64,000 nucleotides of DNA, from assembly GCA_973851085.1 (NCBI GenBank), contig OZ316775.1, positions 4,960,001-5,024,000 of the forward strand, read 5' to 3'. Position numbers and translations under genes: made by a program. How positions within the stretch are numbered: position 1 is the stretch's first letter; every line of letters starts with the position of its first letter. Shown here piece by piece: positions 1 to 12,615 of the stretch. The DNA comes from Ptychomitrium polyphyllum (lineage: Eukaryota). The notes beneath the pieces were generated by a model. That model was not told the origin of the DNA, searched no databases, and worked only from the letters and a program-made list of their open reading frames with translations.

Positions 1-437
1 AAGATCCCACTAGAGATGATGATGCATCCAAAAGGACCGCCAGGCAGGGTCATGGCAATGGCTATCGACATCGCATCACAAGCTCACATGAAGAATGTAC
101 AGTGTAATAGCGATAATTCATCTTTATTCAAGTCATACCACAATTCACAATTGTTTCATCACAACCAATGACGACCTGATTACGGACCTTAACCTTCCAC
201 TAACGATCCACACCAATTCTATAGGCACAACACACCTCGGGGCATAGGTTCAAAGAGAGCAACAAACATGTACAGGCTCGGTTACTTATAAGTTACATGA
301 TGATTCTTCACATGAAAATAATCCGACCATTGCACCCACCCACCGATCCACTCGATCAATCCAAAGATAACGATCGAGGACGGTGGCGAAACTGAACGTA
401 GTAGAAGCTCGAGTGCAGACATGGCTTTGACGTAGAA

Positions 438-1226
438 TCACAATCCAAAGAGTTGGTGGTGCTTCTTCTCAGGGGCTGGCGCTGTGGTGGTTGTGTTTGT
501 GGATTCTGGAAGACCAAGATCAGCGCCAGAGTAGTCCGTGCCGCCAGTAGGGTGTCCGCCTTCGACTGACGCACCCGAATAATCCGTCCCACCCGTGGAG
601 TACTGCCCGCCTTCCAGCGCCGTTGCAGCTGAGTAATCCGTTCCGCCCGTGGGGTTGCCGCCTTCGATCGAATCCAAAGAGTAATTTGTACCTCCAGCAG
701 CTGCACTTGGGGCTGTGTGCTCCTCAGCCGCTTGCGAGGCTAGAGTTGGCCGTTTACGCGCGGCTTTCTCCTCACGACGGCGTCGCTGCCGCTCCTTCCC
801 CTCCTCTGACTCCGATTCAGAGCTACTGGAAGTATCGGACTTCCCCTGCAACAGATCACCAAATGCCAGATCATTCATCGAGTCAATGTAAGGATTAAGC
901 GGAGGTGGGAGTTCAGTGAAGATGGGATAATTCACCGTTAACCGACTTGCACATCTAGTTTCTAATTCATTGTTTTAGGGTCGGTAATGATCCATTAGCT
1001 GTAAGAAACCATGATATACAATTCAAACGACTGGACTGGACTTTGAAGGATTTGGGCGTAAACTGGTAATGGATATGGTGGAAGCACTTACCCCAAATCC
1101 AAACAATCCCCGCGACTCCGTCTTGGTGTCCGTCTCTGCGGGTGTGGTTTCCTGTTCGGTATGCGTTTGTGATTTCGCAACGCCATACTTGTTCTCTTCT
1201 CCAACGTACTCAACTTCTGGATCCAT
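438..1226 (-). CDS. Small hydrophilic dehydrin/LEA-like protein (F-like and S-like segments, GGTDYS repeats), 2 exons, ~180 aa
   Basis: Exon 1 is 1226-1092 (MDPEVEYVGEENKYG...TESRGLFGFG, donor GTAAGT). Exon 2 is 845-438 (acceptor TTGCAG; GKSDTSSSSESESEEGKERQRRRR...4x GGT[DN]YS...EKKHHQLFGL*). The intron is phase 0. The protein is G/S/T/E-rich and has no Cys or Trp. RGLFGFG resembles the dehydrin F-segment and SSSSESESEE the S-segment. Confidence 0.7.
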
Positions 1227-2634
1227 GGCGACCGAACTAAGGTCGATATAACTGGTGAACTTGGAATTGGGAGCTGCTAAGGTGGAAGTAGACTGCAATC
1301 GACCTTGTGGTACAGACTGGGAATCTGCTGGAAAGGTAGCAAGCACTATTAACTGAGGTTGCTAGGCTGGTCATGATGCTAGCTGGAATTGAGTTGGTAG
1401 AATATATACAGTTTAGACCTTGGAGCCAGGTCTTGGTACAAGTGGCCGATACGCTATGGCGAAAGCTTTGTCTTGCGCCACGTCGGTGATGGACGAGGCG
1501 AGCCAAGCAAGGAATATTAGATTCTAGATCAAGTTAATTATCAGCCGGGCAGTGATCCGTCACCAGGGCAAGCCTAGGTGCCTCTTGTGCGATAGTTCTA
1601 TTTCCTAGACTAGGGCGAATGGGTGTGCTGTAAGATGAGAATGCTCTAATAATTTGCTTAAATAGAAACTGTTCTGCACCTGCATAGGAATCTTCTACCT
1701 GTGCACTAATTTCTGTCACCGTCCTCACCTTTTACAATCCTGCACAAACTCACTGATTTATAGAATACTGTATAACCGTAGTCGGCTTTGGCAAAGTTTG
1801 GCTCAGACTCTTGACCGGGCTTGTTTTAAAGATATATTTCGTTGATTCGCATGCTTGATCAAGTATGGGCACTAAGTGTTATAGATTTGACAACGTGAAA
1901 AGCCAACATTCTTGCGCAATGGAGAACCTAACGTTTAGGAAAAGGCCAGTTTTTAAGATGCTTGAGTATTAAACTCGACACCTTGCACAGTGGCCAAGAT
2001 TCAATGTTCAGGTTTTTCATGTAGCACCACCAATGGCGAGTCTGGTGAAGAGTAGGCTTGAGAGGCAAGGACACTGTTGGGCCGCTTTGCAAGCGTGAAA
2101 GCACATGGTTTTGCATTCTCAGTAAGCCATCTAGTTAGCGCCAAATCACTGCTGTGGCCGTCAGCATACATATCCTGAGGGCATGGGGGCCACCGACAGC
2201 CCAACATCCTACCATATTATAATCGAAGTGATTGTTTTATCTAATGATGACACTTGGCAGTCAAAGGAAAAGATTAACGATGACTAATCAATGATTATCC
2301 ATGATTAGCAATGAGCAACACTTGAATCTCCGTTGTGCATCTTCATACTGGAGCCTCTGAAACGCGTCGCCAGCGGGAGCACCATCTGTATTATTGAGCC
2401 ACCTGGAACAAGCCCGCGCCGAAATAGGGAATCACTACCTTCGGAGGCTTGTATAAATTGATTGCTACTTTCACAACCGGATCACATTCCGGTAATCACA
2501 GTTCGCACTGAGTGAACTCTACTCCAGTGTCTTGCATAATTCCTCTGTTTTGACTTGGAACTAGGTCGACTTTAGTGATCTCTTGTGATCGAATATTTTT
2601 TGGTTCCCTTGCTTACGATAGTGCTTTACCGGCC

Positions 2635-3118
2635 ATGGACAAGATACTTGGGGACAGGAATGATGAGAAAGTGGGCGTCGCTGGCGACCAAACCGAGTAC
2701 CAACAGCAGCAGTCTTCCACTCTGGCTGACGAGGATGCACCAACCGCAGAGCACAAGAAGAGCGTCTTTGGATTTCGGGTAGGCATCGCGTTATAATTGA
2801 ACACTGGTGTAAAATTTTCTCTTGCATATGTTACGTGATAAAGTGAGGAATGTATTTTCAATAGGCGAATATGTCTCCTGATAGTGTGGGCTTGGTCAGG
2901 ACGGCGAGGGCGGAAGCAGTAGCAGCCCCGAATCGGAGACAGAGGAGGGGAAGGAGCGCCAGAGATGCCGTCATGAGGCCGGAGTTGAACATAGGCAACA
3001 AGGAGGTGAAACTGACACATCCAGATCCATTCCACCCTTCACGGAAGGATATGGCACTACCGGATCTCACGAGGGTGTCGAAGGGGAGAAACACCACGGA
3101 TTTGCCAACGCTGTTTAG
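2635..3118 (+). CDS. Paralogue of the 438-1226 dehydrin-like gene, 2 exons, ~120 aa (exon 2 frame is absent from the ORF track)
   Basis: Exon 1 is 2635-2778 (MDKILGDRNDEK...HKKSVFGFR, donor GTAGGC). Exon 2 is 2900-3118 (acceptor GTCAG; DGEGGSSSSPESETEEGKERQRCRHE...EGEKHHGFANAV*). It shares the FGF motif, the intron position, SSSS-ESE-EEGKERQR and the C-terminal KHH with the minus-strand gene. Confidence 0.7.
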
Positions 3119-4781
3119 AACGAGAAGTTTGACGGATAACGTCCTTCCTGCAGCGCACCATTTAGAATGGTTCTAGCATACAGATTGTCTAGCAGCGCAC
3201 ATCATCCTCTGTCATCTAAATGTAAAAAATGATTCTACAAATCTATGTGAAAGGTGTCTATTCAAGAAATTAAAGTATAATGCATATTGACATCTGAACT
3301 TAGGTAACATCATTTTATGCATTTCTGTAAATTAGTGGCCCGTAGGTGAAAATCAAAAAGCCTTCTCGACACACCGTGGAAAGCGCTTTCACTACATTCT
3401 CATTTATAATGGTGTACTATCAATGCCGGAAATTGTGGCGAGTTACAGGTGATCAAATTCACAGTTCACCACCCAGGCTCCAAATGCAGAACACCTGGCG
3501 ATACTCAATGTGTTCACAAAGATGGTTTAGTGAAACTCAACGTAGGACAGCCATTATCAATTAGAATCAACTCAAAACATTGCCGAACATACATGTAATC
3601 TATCTTTTGAAACGATTGGATCGGCAGTCCCCTATCTCAAAAGTACTGATCGGTAATATCCAAAAATAGAGTCTAATGTGGAGTCAACAGCCTTACTGAA
3701 AGCCCACTCTGCACGACGGAAGGGCCACCGACAATGTATCACAACCTTTTACTGTGCCCAAGTACTGTATACAAACAATGATACTAAGATTTCCCATTCT
3801 TGACTATAATGCTCACCTACCGCACTCCATCGAGCTACCTGAAAAATTACTCTAATTTCACTACGCGACTGTTCGATTCAGTTCTTTGTACGGTACAGAA
3901 AACCATCGGTCACCAGCACCCTGAGGATCAAAGGAATGACATGAAATCCATACTGAAGCATATACTTTTAAATAATAATTAGCGAGGGAGTCGATCTCTC
4001 CGCAATCTGTGCTGATTATTTGGAATCCACTGTCACTAGAAGCCAGTCCAGAAGATGCTCACAAACTATGTCTGTCCTACTCACGCTTAACTTCAACGTA
4101 CTCGCCTCCTACCACCTGCACCACACCCTGCCACTTGTGCCCTTCTCCTTGCTTGGAGGCCAGGTGGACGCTCAAATGAAGGTCCAGCTGGATAGAACCC
4201 AGGCTCCACATTAGAGTTGCCTCCTTTAACACGACTCGGTGTTAGACGCATTTTCTTTCTTAAATCGAAGGGGATCGGGCTCAGATCGGATGAATTATTT
4301 CTTGGAAGTCATAACCATTTCTCCAAGTCTGTGAGGGAGAGGTGCATTTACTAAAGGATGTGTGCCCAGAACCATCAAATCTACCAGAAGCTAACAATCG
4401 AGGCTTCAAAGTCTAGAAATACTCTAGATAATGTCGGTGGAGAATGACCCTTGCATGTCTGCTTCCTTTGCAACTGCAATGCCAAGATATTTGATTTATT
4501 GTGGTGACGGTAATACTGCTGGCTTGAGGCTTTTGGGTGACGGTGACTTGGTCAGTGGCAGTCTACCACCTATCACCGCATCAGCGTTGTCCATGCTAAG
4601 CTCGGCTCGCACATAAATTGGCACACGTTCCTCTTTGTCATTAACACAGGACTCTCGTCATCAACTCGATCATACGAACGACCTGTTGCTATAGTTTTCG
4701 AACTGTTGTCGCTTATAGATCAGTACCATAGGAGTTCATCAGAACTCAGAGAATTGCTTTGATTCATACTTGATTAGAAGG

Positions 4782-5896
4782 ATGGCGTACAATCAGGGGT
4801 TAGGAGGAGGCTACCCCCACAGCCAGCCTACTACCACCACTCCAGGTTTACAATCCATCTACATGCAATTGGATCCAATCTACTGTAAATGCTCTGCTGA
4901 AATGGGTGTTTGATGAGACTAGGTCTTATCGCAACAATGTGAGCTGTGTTTGATCTGCCGCAAAGGTTATGACAAGATTGCTGGTCTGAGGGTTAACTAG
5001 TTTGTTGATGAAATCGGCTGTATTGGCTTTATTATTTGGTTCAGGGATGCACGGAACAGGCATGCACCCAACGGGCACGGGCGGCGGCTATGTCCAACCG
5101 CCGCAGAACATCCACCAGACCACTGGGTTGACTCCCGGAGCAGGAGCCATGGGAGGTGCAGGAGCTATGGGTGCGACGACCCAGCACGTTCCTGTGGTGG
5201 GGCAGCAATACGTTGCGCAAACGGTGAAGAGCTATGCCGTGTCGAAGAAGAAGATGTCCATGAGCAAGGGCGACTGGACGATCACCGACCAGATGGGCCA
5301 TAGCTCTTTCAAGGTATCGGGCCGCATTGCAAGCATGCGCGACCGACGGTTCCTGCAAGACGCGGCGGGCAACAAGATTTTGACCATGAAGAAGAAGTTG
5401 GTCACTTTGCACGATACCTGGGAGATTTTAGCTGGCGATGGCAACACCGTGCTGGCGACGTGCAAGAAGTCGTCGCTGGTGCAGTTCAAGACGGCCATGG
5501 ATGTCATGCTCGCTTCCAGCACTACAGGCAAGCACACGCCGGATTATCAAGTGAAGGGCGACTTCTTCGACCGCAATATCACCATCTTCCACGGCGCTGA
5601 ACAAGCTGCCTTGGTTAGCGTTCTCCCTTCATGTTTTTTTCTCTCTTTTCAAGATAACTATCCTGTATCTAAGTTTGTTTTGTTTTTTTGGAGTTTCTGG
5701 GTATTAGCAAGTAATTCTTTTTGATATTTTTTTCATGTTACAGGTGACACGGCAGATCACATTCACAACTGCGATCTTGGACAAGGACACATTTGGTGTG
5801 ACGATATTTCCTGGTGTGGATGAGGCTCTTGTTTTTGCACTGATTGTGATTATGGACGAAGTATTCCTCCACGACAATGGCTCTGACTCTGACTAA
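4782..5896 (+). CDS. LURP-one-related (LOR / tubby C-terminal-like) protein with a Gly/Thr/Gln-rich N-terminus, 3 exons
   Basis: Exons 4782-4845, 5045-5613 and 5744-5896 have GT-AG borders and consistent phases. Motifs typical of the LOR family: KKKMSMSKGDWTITDQMG..FKVSG, RRFLQDAAGNKILTMKKK..TLHDTW, YQVKGDFFDRNITI, DTFGVTIFPGVDEALVFALIVIMD. Confidence 0.88.
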
Positions 5897-8681
5897 ATAG
5901 TGTACATTTTGTGATACATCATCTTTGCAATTTTGTACATGGTACCTAATATATTGTAGACAGTAGCTCGATGCGGCAGGGTGAGGATGTAGATCATACT
6001 TGCTCGAGCTGACAACCATTTTCGTAGTTTTCTAACATCTTTGAAACTGCTACTGGAATTATACGAACAATTTCTATGAATACTTTTTTGTAATTTGCTG
6101 TTGGATTGGTGGAGTGTGCATTTTGATTAGATAGACTTTGGGTTTGTTCAGATGATTTGTATGACAACTATAAGATCTAATTACACGCCCAAACAATTCG
6201 TTGTATACCTCTTGTGAATTTCTCTTCAATTCCAACAGTAAATGCCTCATTCGAAAATACCTTCTATGTTCCACCTGTGATATACATTTATTAGACGAGA
6301 GAAAAAGACTGTTTCCTGCATTCAAATGTAGGACAAAAAGAACATAATAGATGGTAGTAGAGAGCCCTTTCTAGTCCGCAGGGGCATGTTCTCATTCCGC
6401 ATCAATCCGGAGCACTACTATAAATAAATCATATTATCCATTCAAAGTCTGTATCTTTACATTACAACCTCTAGGATTTTGCTCTAATGAGCTTATTTTT
6501 GGTCGCTGCCATAATTTTCGTTGATTTCCTTTCAGGTAAAAAGGCGCAACATATTGTCAGCATTAGGTAAATAAGATAAGCACATGCAATTGATGCAGCT
6601 TTTCTAAAGGTGGAGAAATATTCGTCTGTTTAATACCCCTTATAATATCACAATTTCCTTATCTAAATGCAGAGCAAAGCTGATCATAAGAAAGAATCGA
6701 AGTATCCTTGCGCTCCATCTGTCTGAACGAACGGAGTGTCTCAAACGCAATGAGGCTCTACTCTAAACACACAAGGCAACCACATTTCGGTCAAGAAATC
6801 TGGGATGAGATTAACGACAGCGCAGCTTCGACGTACCAGGAGAAAACCTAGGTATGGTAACTGAGGATCGTTTGCAAATAAGTTCACTCTCCTAATCCTT
6901 TCGTAAGGACGTTTGATTCAATATACATACCTAATATCAGGTATGTTATTACTCGAGCTAATTTATAAGCTACAACACTTTACAAGTCACAATAATGCAG
7001 TGGCTTTCAACCTTCAAGCCCAAGTTCGATTGGACGTACATTCATAAAACTTTGTCAGAAATATGGAAACACATAAGGCAAGAGCACATCAAGACAAGAG
7101 AGAGACGGGATGAAAGGCAGCACACCTATGACGTTCAACGGTTCAAATACCGTGGGAAGACCGCGCCGTTCCAAAGTAAGCTCTTGTGATCCTTTCGTGA
7201 GAACAATTGATTCATATGCTGCACATATCCTCACTGTGACTCAGGCTCCACCTTCGACACAGATACATTGAAAATTCTGCCAGATCAAATATTGTGAAGG
7301 TAATGAGGAGAAAACAGTGATTCATGCAACTCATTTGTTTCAAGGACGAAGTGGCTCAGAAATCCTTCAAGTATGTCAAATCCTCGTACTAAACATCTGC
7401 TCTACCGTCATACCGATGCGCAGATTACCCGCCTATCATCCACAGTCGCGTGCTTGAGCTGTGAAGGAGAAAACGACTAGCAAGAAACAAGGGAAGGTTA
7501 CCATATCTCAAAATCAACTGCAAAAACTTGTAGATATTGCAAACTCCTCTAAGTCTTGTGTATCCATCGGGAACAGATGAGATGCAAGCATGAAAATCCG
7601 GGTAAGCAGGCAGGTCCATGTGCACCACGTGCACCGCGAGCGAGACTGCACTCGCAATTTGTCAACCCCACTTTCCCACAGCCGGGAAGAAATACTCTAG
7701 TCGCAAACCCAGTGATGGCTCTTTTGCAGCGAATTCTGCAACAGTTGAACACACGATCGATCCGCCCAACCTCCGCCATGATCGCATCGTGCACGCCAGG
7801 AGCTCCCACTTCCACGGCATGACCCAGCATGCGAGTGCCGCGAGCCTGGTACCTCGAAGCCTCGGCCTGCTCCGCAATAATTCTTTCCCATCCTGTTGAT
7901 GTACAATTATCGGTGCTAAGCTAATGCAGTGAATTGTTGGACTTAGTTCAGCTTTGTGAGGAGGATCCGGAAAGTGTCGTATCGATTTTTATGAGTTTAT
8001 AAAAAGCGGGTGCCGTACTTTCCACCTTTTAGATCCTACCCACGTTCCTCATGAATAATCGTAGAGTTTCGTCCAATGATGCTGCGGCGAGAGCCAGGTT
8101 CGGGTGAGGTGTAGGGGACCCGACGGGCTATAATCGAGGTGAGGTTATGCCGACATCGAGCTCGTCTTGCAGGATATTGGTACTGATTATGGGTGTCATG
8201 GTTGGAGGGTGTGAGCAGACGAGATGTGACTTGATTGTTTTTATGGGAGCGCTGGAGCTTCTTCCATTGTGTCGACCTGGATGTTGATGGTATCAGGAAG
8301 TAGTCAATAGTGTTGTATGCAGGAATTCGTTAGGGCAGAGTGATTACTGGTGGTACAAGATTCTCCATGGTGTTGTAGCATGAGCGACTCTGGAGAGAAT
8401 GGCCGTGGGTGAGTCTCATGTTGGCGAGAAACTCACGGAGTCGTAGACTTCGAGTTGTTAGTTTTGTGCGGAATGCGAGGGTTGCAGGAAGTTCAAAGGC
8501 AAGAGGTTCAGTTGCTGCAAGTGTAGTTTCAGGAAGTTCATAGTGAAGGGCAAGTTTGGAGCTACCTTTTTCTCTCGAGGGTGACGAATCTTGAGTTTGT
8601 GGTGCCGGGGGTTCGGATTTCTGTGTTCTGTAGGCTGGGGTTGAGGTTTCAGGGAATCTGACACGGAATGGGTTTTTCATA

Positions 8682-10401
8682 ATGGCTGCAGGAGAGATGG
8701 GCTCACTGGACGAAGTCCTCTATGCTATGCTTTCAAATGACCATGGCCCGTACTCGTCTTTGGCCAGTGTGATGACATCGTCCAATTCGCCTTGCACAGA
8801 ACCGGGCGACCTGAATGCGTCGCAATACTCTTCGTCGCAGGGGAGCTTTGAGGGGTCAGGTCATAGCTTACGCAGGTCAGGGCTGGATAGGTCAAGTGTA
8901 TTCTCGTACTCAAATGCCGCAATGCCGCAGTGGTCGTTTTTCAGGGACGAGAAGTGGGTTCTGGATGCCAAGAAGAAGGCGTTGGAAGTGTCCAGTGTTT
9001 TGGCAAGTAGCCATGGCACGAATTTCAGGTCGAATGTTGACGCCTCTCCGCGCAACCTTAACCCGCCTCCTCCCAGTGGGCTGCAAAGGTACCATTCTGC
9101 TCCGAGCAGTTTCCTGCAATGTTTGGCCGATTTCAGCGAGGATGCGTTCTCGCAAGTCTCCGAGAGTCCAGTAGGAGACAGCGACGGCGGCCTGCTCAAC
9201 TCCTTTGTAGAGAACCTGTCGCCCATTAATGAACGCGGTTCACAGCAAACGGACACGGAGAAGGTCGACGTGAGTTTCAGCTTGAATGATTACGAGCAAT
9301 TTCTTGCTACGCAGAATGACATCGGAAGAAGCTCTCCCTCAACGCAGCCTAGGACAACTGAGCCGCGGCCTCTGACGCGCCAAGATCATGGCCATAGCGG
9401 ATACTGCACACCAGGTCAGTCGCTTACTTTTTATATACATTCACCTTGTGAATCTCCTGAAAACTCTTGTCTTTATCGTCAAGTCTGAAAAATCGATGTT
9501 TGCAACTCTCTGAATTGGACATACATGACTTGTATGTTATAGATTCGTTGGGTGTTCGGTCACGACCCACGAGGAGTAAAATCCTACGACAGAGCAGCAC
9601 ACCTGCGAACTTTCTGGCAGCCGTGCAGGACAACCTGGAGGAGAGTAGTCCAATATGCAAGATGCGGAGCTTCTTGTCTCCAGATGAAAGTATGACCGGC
9701 GCAAACTCTGAGGAGAATGCTAGTGGTAATGCTCTATGTCCATTCCCATGTTGTCGCGTCAATCGTCATATATCTCGTCAATGAACATGTAGTGTCTGGA
9801 AGCCTCTGGAGCTCTCCAACACAGTTCTCGTGGTCATAAACATTTGCACTTCACTTGCCTACTCTTTACTTGTATTGCTTTCCTGATGAGTTACTATCTT
9901 GGTTGTGTGGACTCATTCACAACAATATGTTCTACATCAGCAGGGGAGTTAGGCCATGGCAACAGCCTTCTTGGTGCGGGGGAGATGGCAAATGATCCTT
10001 CAGGGTGGCTTGGAAACAGCTCACTCAGAGTGCGAGTCGGTGAGCCAGGATCAAACCTGGGCTTGGTTCGACATTCTAGTCTGCCTGCAGCAAGTCGCCC
10101 CTTCAGCCCCACCATGGAACTGGACGACTTGGCCGAGCTCTCGGGCACAGTGCCGTGCAAGACGAGAGCCGGCCGCGGATTCGCCACCCATCCTCGCAGC
10201 ATCGCCGAGCGAGTGCGGCGCACGAAAATCAGTGAGCGAATGAAGAAGCTACAGGTCCTTGTTCCCAACATGGACCGGCAGACCAACACGGCTGACATGC
10301 TCGATGAAGCTGTGGAGTATGTGAAGCAGCTGCAGCTGCAAGTGCAAGAGCTGTCCCACACCGTGGCCCAGTTGAAGCAAAGCTTGGTACGTTGTAACTG
10401 A
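8682..10401 (+). CDS. bHLH transcription factor, FBH/AKS (subfamily IX)-like
   Basis: Exons are 8682-9414, 9543-9725 and 9941(or 9944)-10401. The domain reads [54 protein letters not shown]. Upstream motifs [20 protein letters not shown] and LVRHSSLPA are typical of FBH/AKS proteins. A short final intron (10387-10443, stop at 10449) is an alternative ending. Confidence 0.9.
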
Positions 10402-10708
10402 ATTCACAATCTTCCACACTGATGCTCCTTGAGGTTTGTGCAGAGATAATAGGATGAGCACTGGATCATTTCACCTTAACTTGGCCGTTGCTCTACGTGT
10501 ACCATACCAGTAATATCTGTTGCGCAACAAATGCAGGCAGTGGGTTTGATATCTGTCCCTCTGATACTGCTGGTACTTCCTGGTCTTGCTTCTTGATTTC
10601 TTTCTCCCAATCACATGAAGCTTGTTGATAGAGAAAGGAGACTCTTGACTCTCTTGTCCAAGTGAGCCGGATTTTCGCATTATGTCTCCTTGGTGGCCTT
10701 AGCTCATT

Positions 10709-10752
10709 TGTTGTGTTGTGTTGTGTTGTGTTGCGTTGTGTTGTGTTGTGTT
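10709..10752 (+). repeat. (TGTGT)n pentanucleotide microsatellite
   Basis: tgttgtgttgtgttgtgttgtgttgcgttgtgttgtgttgtgtt, downstream of the bHLH stop. Confidence 0.9.
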
Positions 10753-11945
10753 TGATCCTTGTACTTGTATCTTGCAATGTTGCATGCCATTGACCTTTTG
10801 GTGAAGTTCATTGTAGAATTAAGTTCTTCGTCAAATGATTTCATCATTGTGAATCACATTTAATTTTCATTTTTAATAGATGAATGAATGTATTTACTAC
10901 AAATCAAACAAAAATTATTGATTTTGGTGAAATTTGGAGTTTCTCCTCTCTTAGAAATGATTGAAAGGAAAATTTATATAAATTATAAAATTTATTATGG
11001 ATTTTTGAATCTTCTACCATAAATGTAAATCACAATAAAGAATATTATGAAAATGAAGATTATTCATTTTCTAAAATTGTCAAATTGCATCAATTTATGA
11101 TGATAAATATCCACCTTGTAACTATAATAAAAAATTTAATTGGTATGATTCCTTTGTCTCAATTTGTGCAATGTTTATTAGATTCAAAGTGAACCTTAAT
11201 ATCTCCTTTTTTATAAATCCCAAATATCTCTTTCTATTACTCTAGTATTTAGAACATTGCATTTTCAAGACAATTTGGAAAACTTCCACCAATATAGTGA
11301 TCATTTATAAAATAGAAAATAGGAATAAGTAAGAATTCAACTTTGATAATGTATTAGTATTATTACTCAATTATAAAGCAATTGAATATGGTTACATGAG
11401 CATTCAAAAGGAAAGCCAATCAATTCTTGTTAATAAGAGATGGTACAACAAAACCACTTGAAGTCAATGGAATTATAAAAAATCACTAGATAATATCCAA
11501 TCATGACTTGAACATTGCAATTTCAACACACCTCACAACAAAATCCTTCAAAACCACTACATTTACAAACAAAGTTCTAATAGCTATCAAATTAAGTTTC
11601 CATGGATGATAAATGAAATGAACAAATGTATCACATATACTATTAAGAAAGTGTGGCAATAATCAAGTCCATTCAAATGCAAGCAAATTAACAAGATTCT
11701 CTTAGCTCTATAATTCCAAATAATAGACAACACAACTCCCTTATTAAAAAGACCAAATTTTTACAAAATTGGTTGTAATCTATGCATCTTGAAATTAGTA
11801 CCACCTATTCCAACTACCAATGTTGCAATTGTTTACTTCTACTCTAACTATTCATGATTTATGCAAGCAAAGCTGATCACGCTTCCAGGGGAAGTTTCCA
11901 GCTGTAATTTCTCGACAAAATCAAGCGCAACGGCAATACATGAGA

Positions 11946-12089
11946 AGGCCCAATTTTAGAAACCAAGGGCCAATTGGCGGTCCAATTGCTTGGGAATGGG
12001 GCCGGGCCCTAGTGGGAAGAGGCCATAAGGAGAGGAAAGAGGTGATCCTGAGCCAGTGAAGCTGCTTTTGTTGCACTGCTCTAGGGTTT
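11946..12089 (+). promoter_or_regulatory. Site II-like (TGGGCY) element plus telo-box in the putative Twinkle promoter
   Basis: AGGCCCA at 11946-11952 (reverse complement TGGGCCT), further GGGCC-rich motifs to ~12010, and CTAGGGTTT (telo-box) at 12081-12089. The site II + telo-box combination is common in plant proliferation and organelle-biogenesis promoters. Confidence 0.4.
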
Positions 12090-12615
12090 ATGGTGCTTCG
12101 CCACATGCACCCCACCGCTCGCTCAAGCCCATCTCATCCTCCATCGCCATCGCCATCACCGCAATCCCTTCCCTTCACTACCTTCGTGGACTCGCTACCA
12201 CTACCATCATCTCCTCACTTTCTCCCGCTCTCCGGCCTCCAATTCACGAATCTCCTCTCACCGTCCTTATTCTTAGTTTCGCAGACAGAGATCGTTGTGG
12301 CAAACTGACAGACGCTGGAGAAGGTTGCATGGAAAGTAAGCAGCTGATGTATTCGTAAGGCGATTATTCTCTTGGTTTTGGTCTTGCTGTTGCTTCTTGT
12401 GATGGAGATTAGTTTGCATGAAGGTTTAGTAGGATTTAGTAGGGTTTAGTAGGGTTAGCAGGGCGTGGCAGGGGCTGTGGTAGGGCGGGCAGTGTGTAGT
12501 ATGATAGTATGAGCACAATTGGAGGTGTGAGATGGATGCATCAAGAGTGGGAGAGCAAAATGGGAGTTGAGAGTGGAGAGGATTTTGAGCGTGAAGGCGT
12601 TGGAAGAGGTTGGAT

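Noticed and set aside
2871..3176. 101-aa ORF MSPDSVGLVRT... from the ORF track
   Set aside because: It is a shadow frame. The frame homologous to the neighbouring paralogue starts at the acceptor at 2900.
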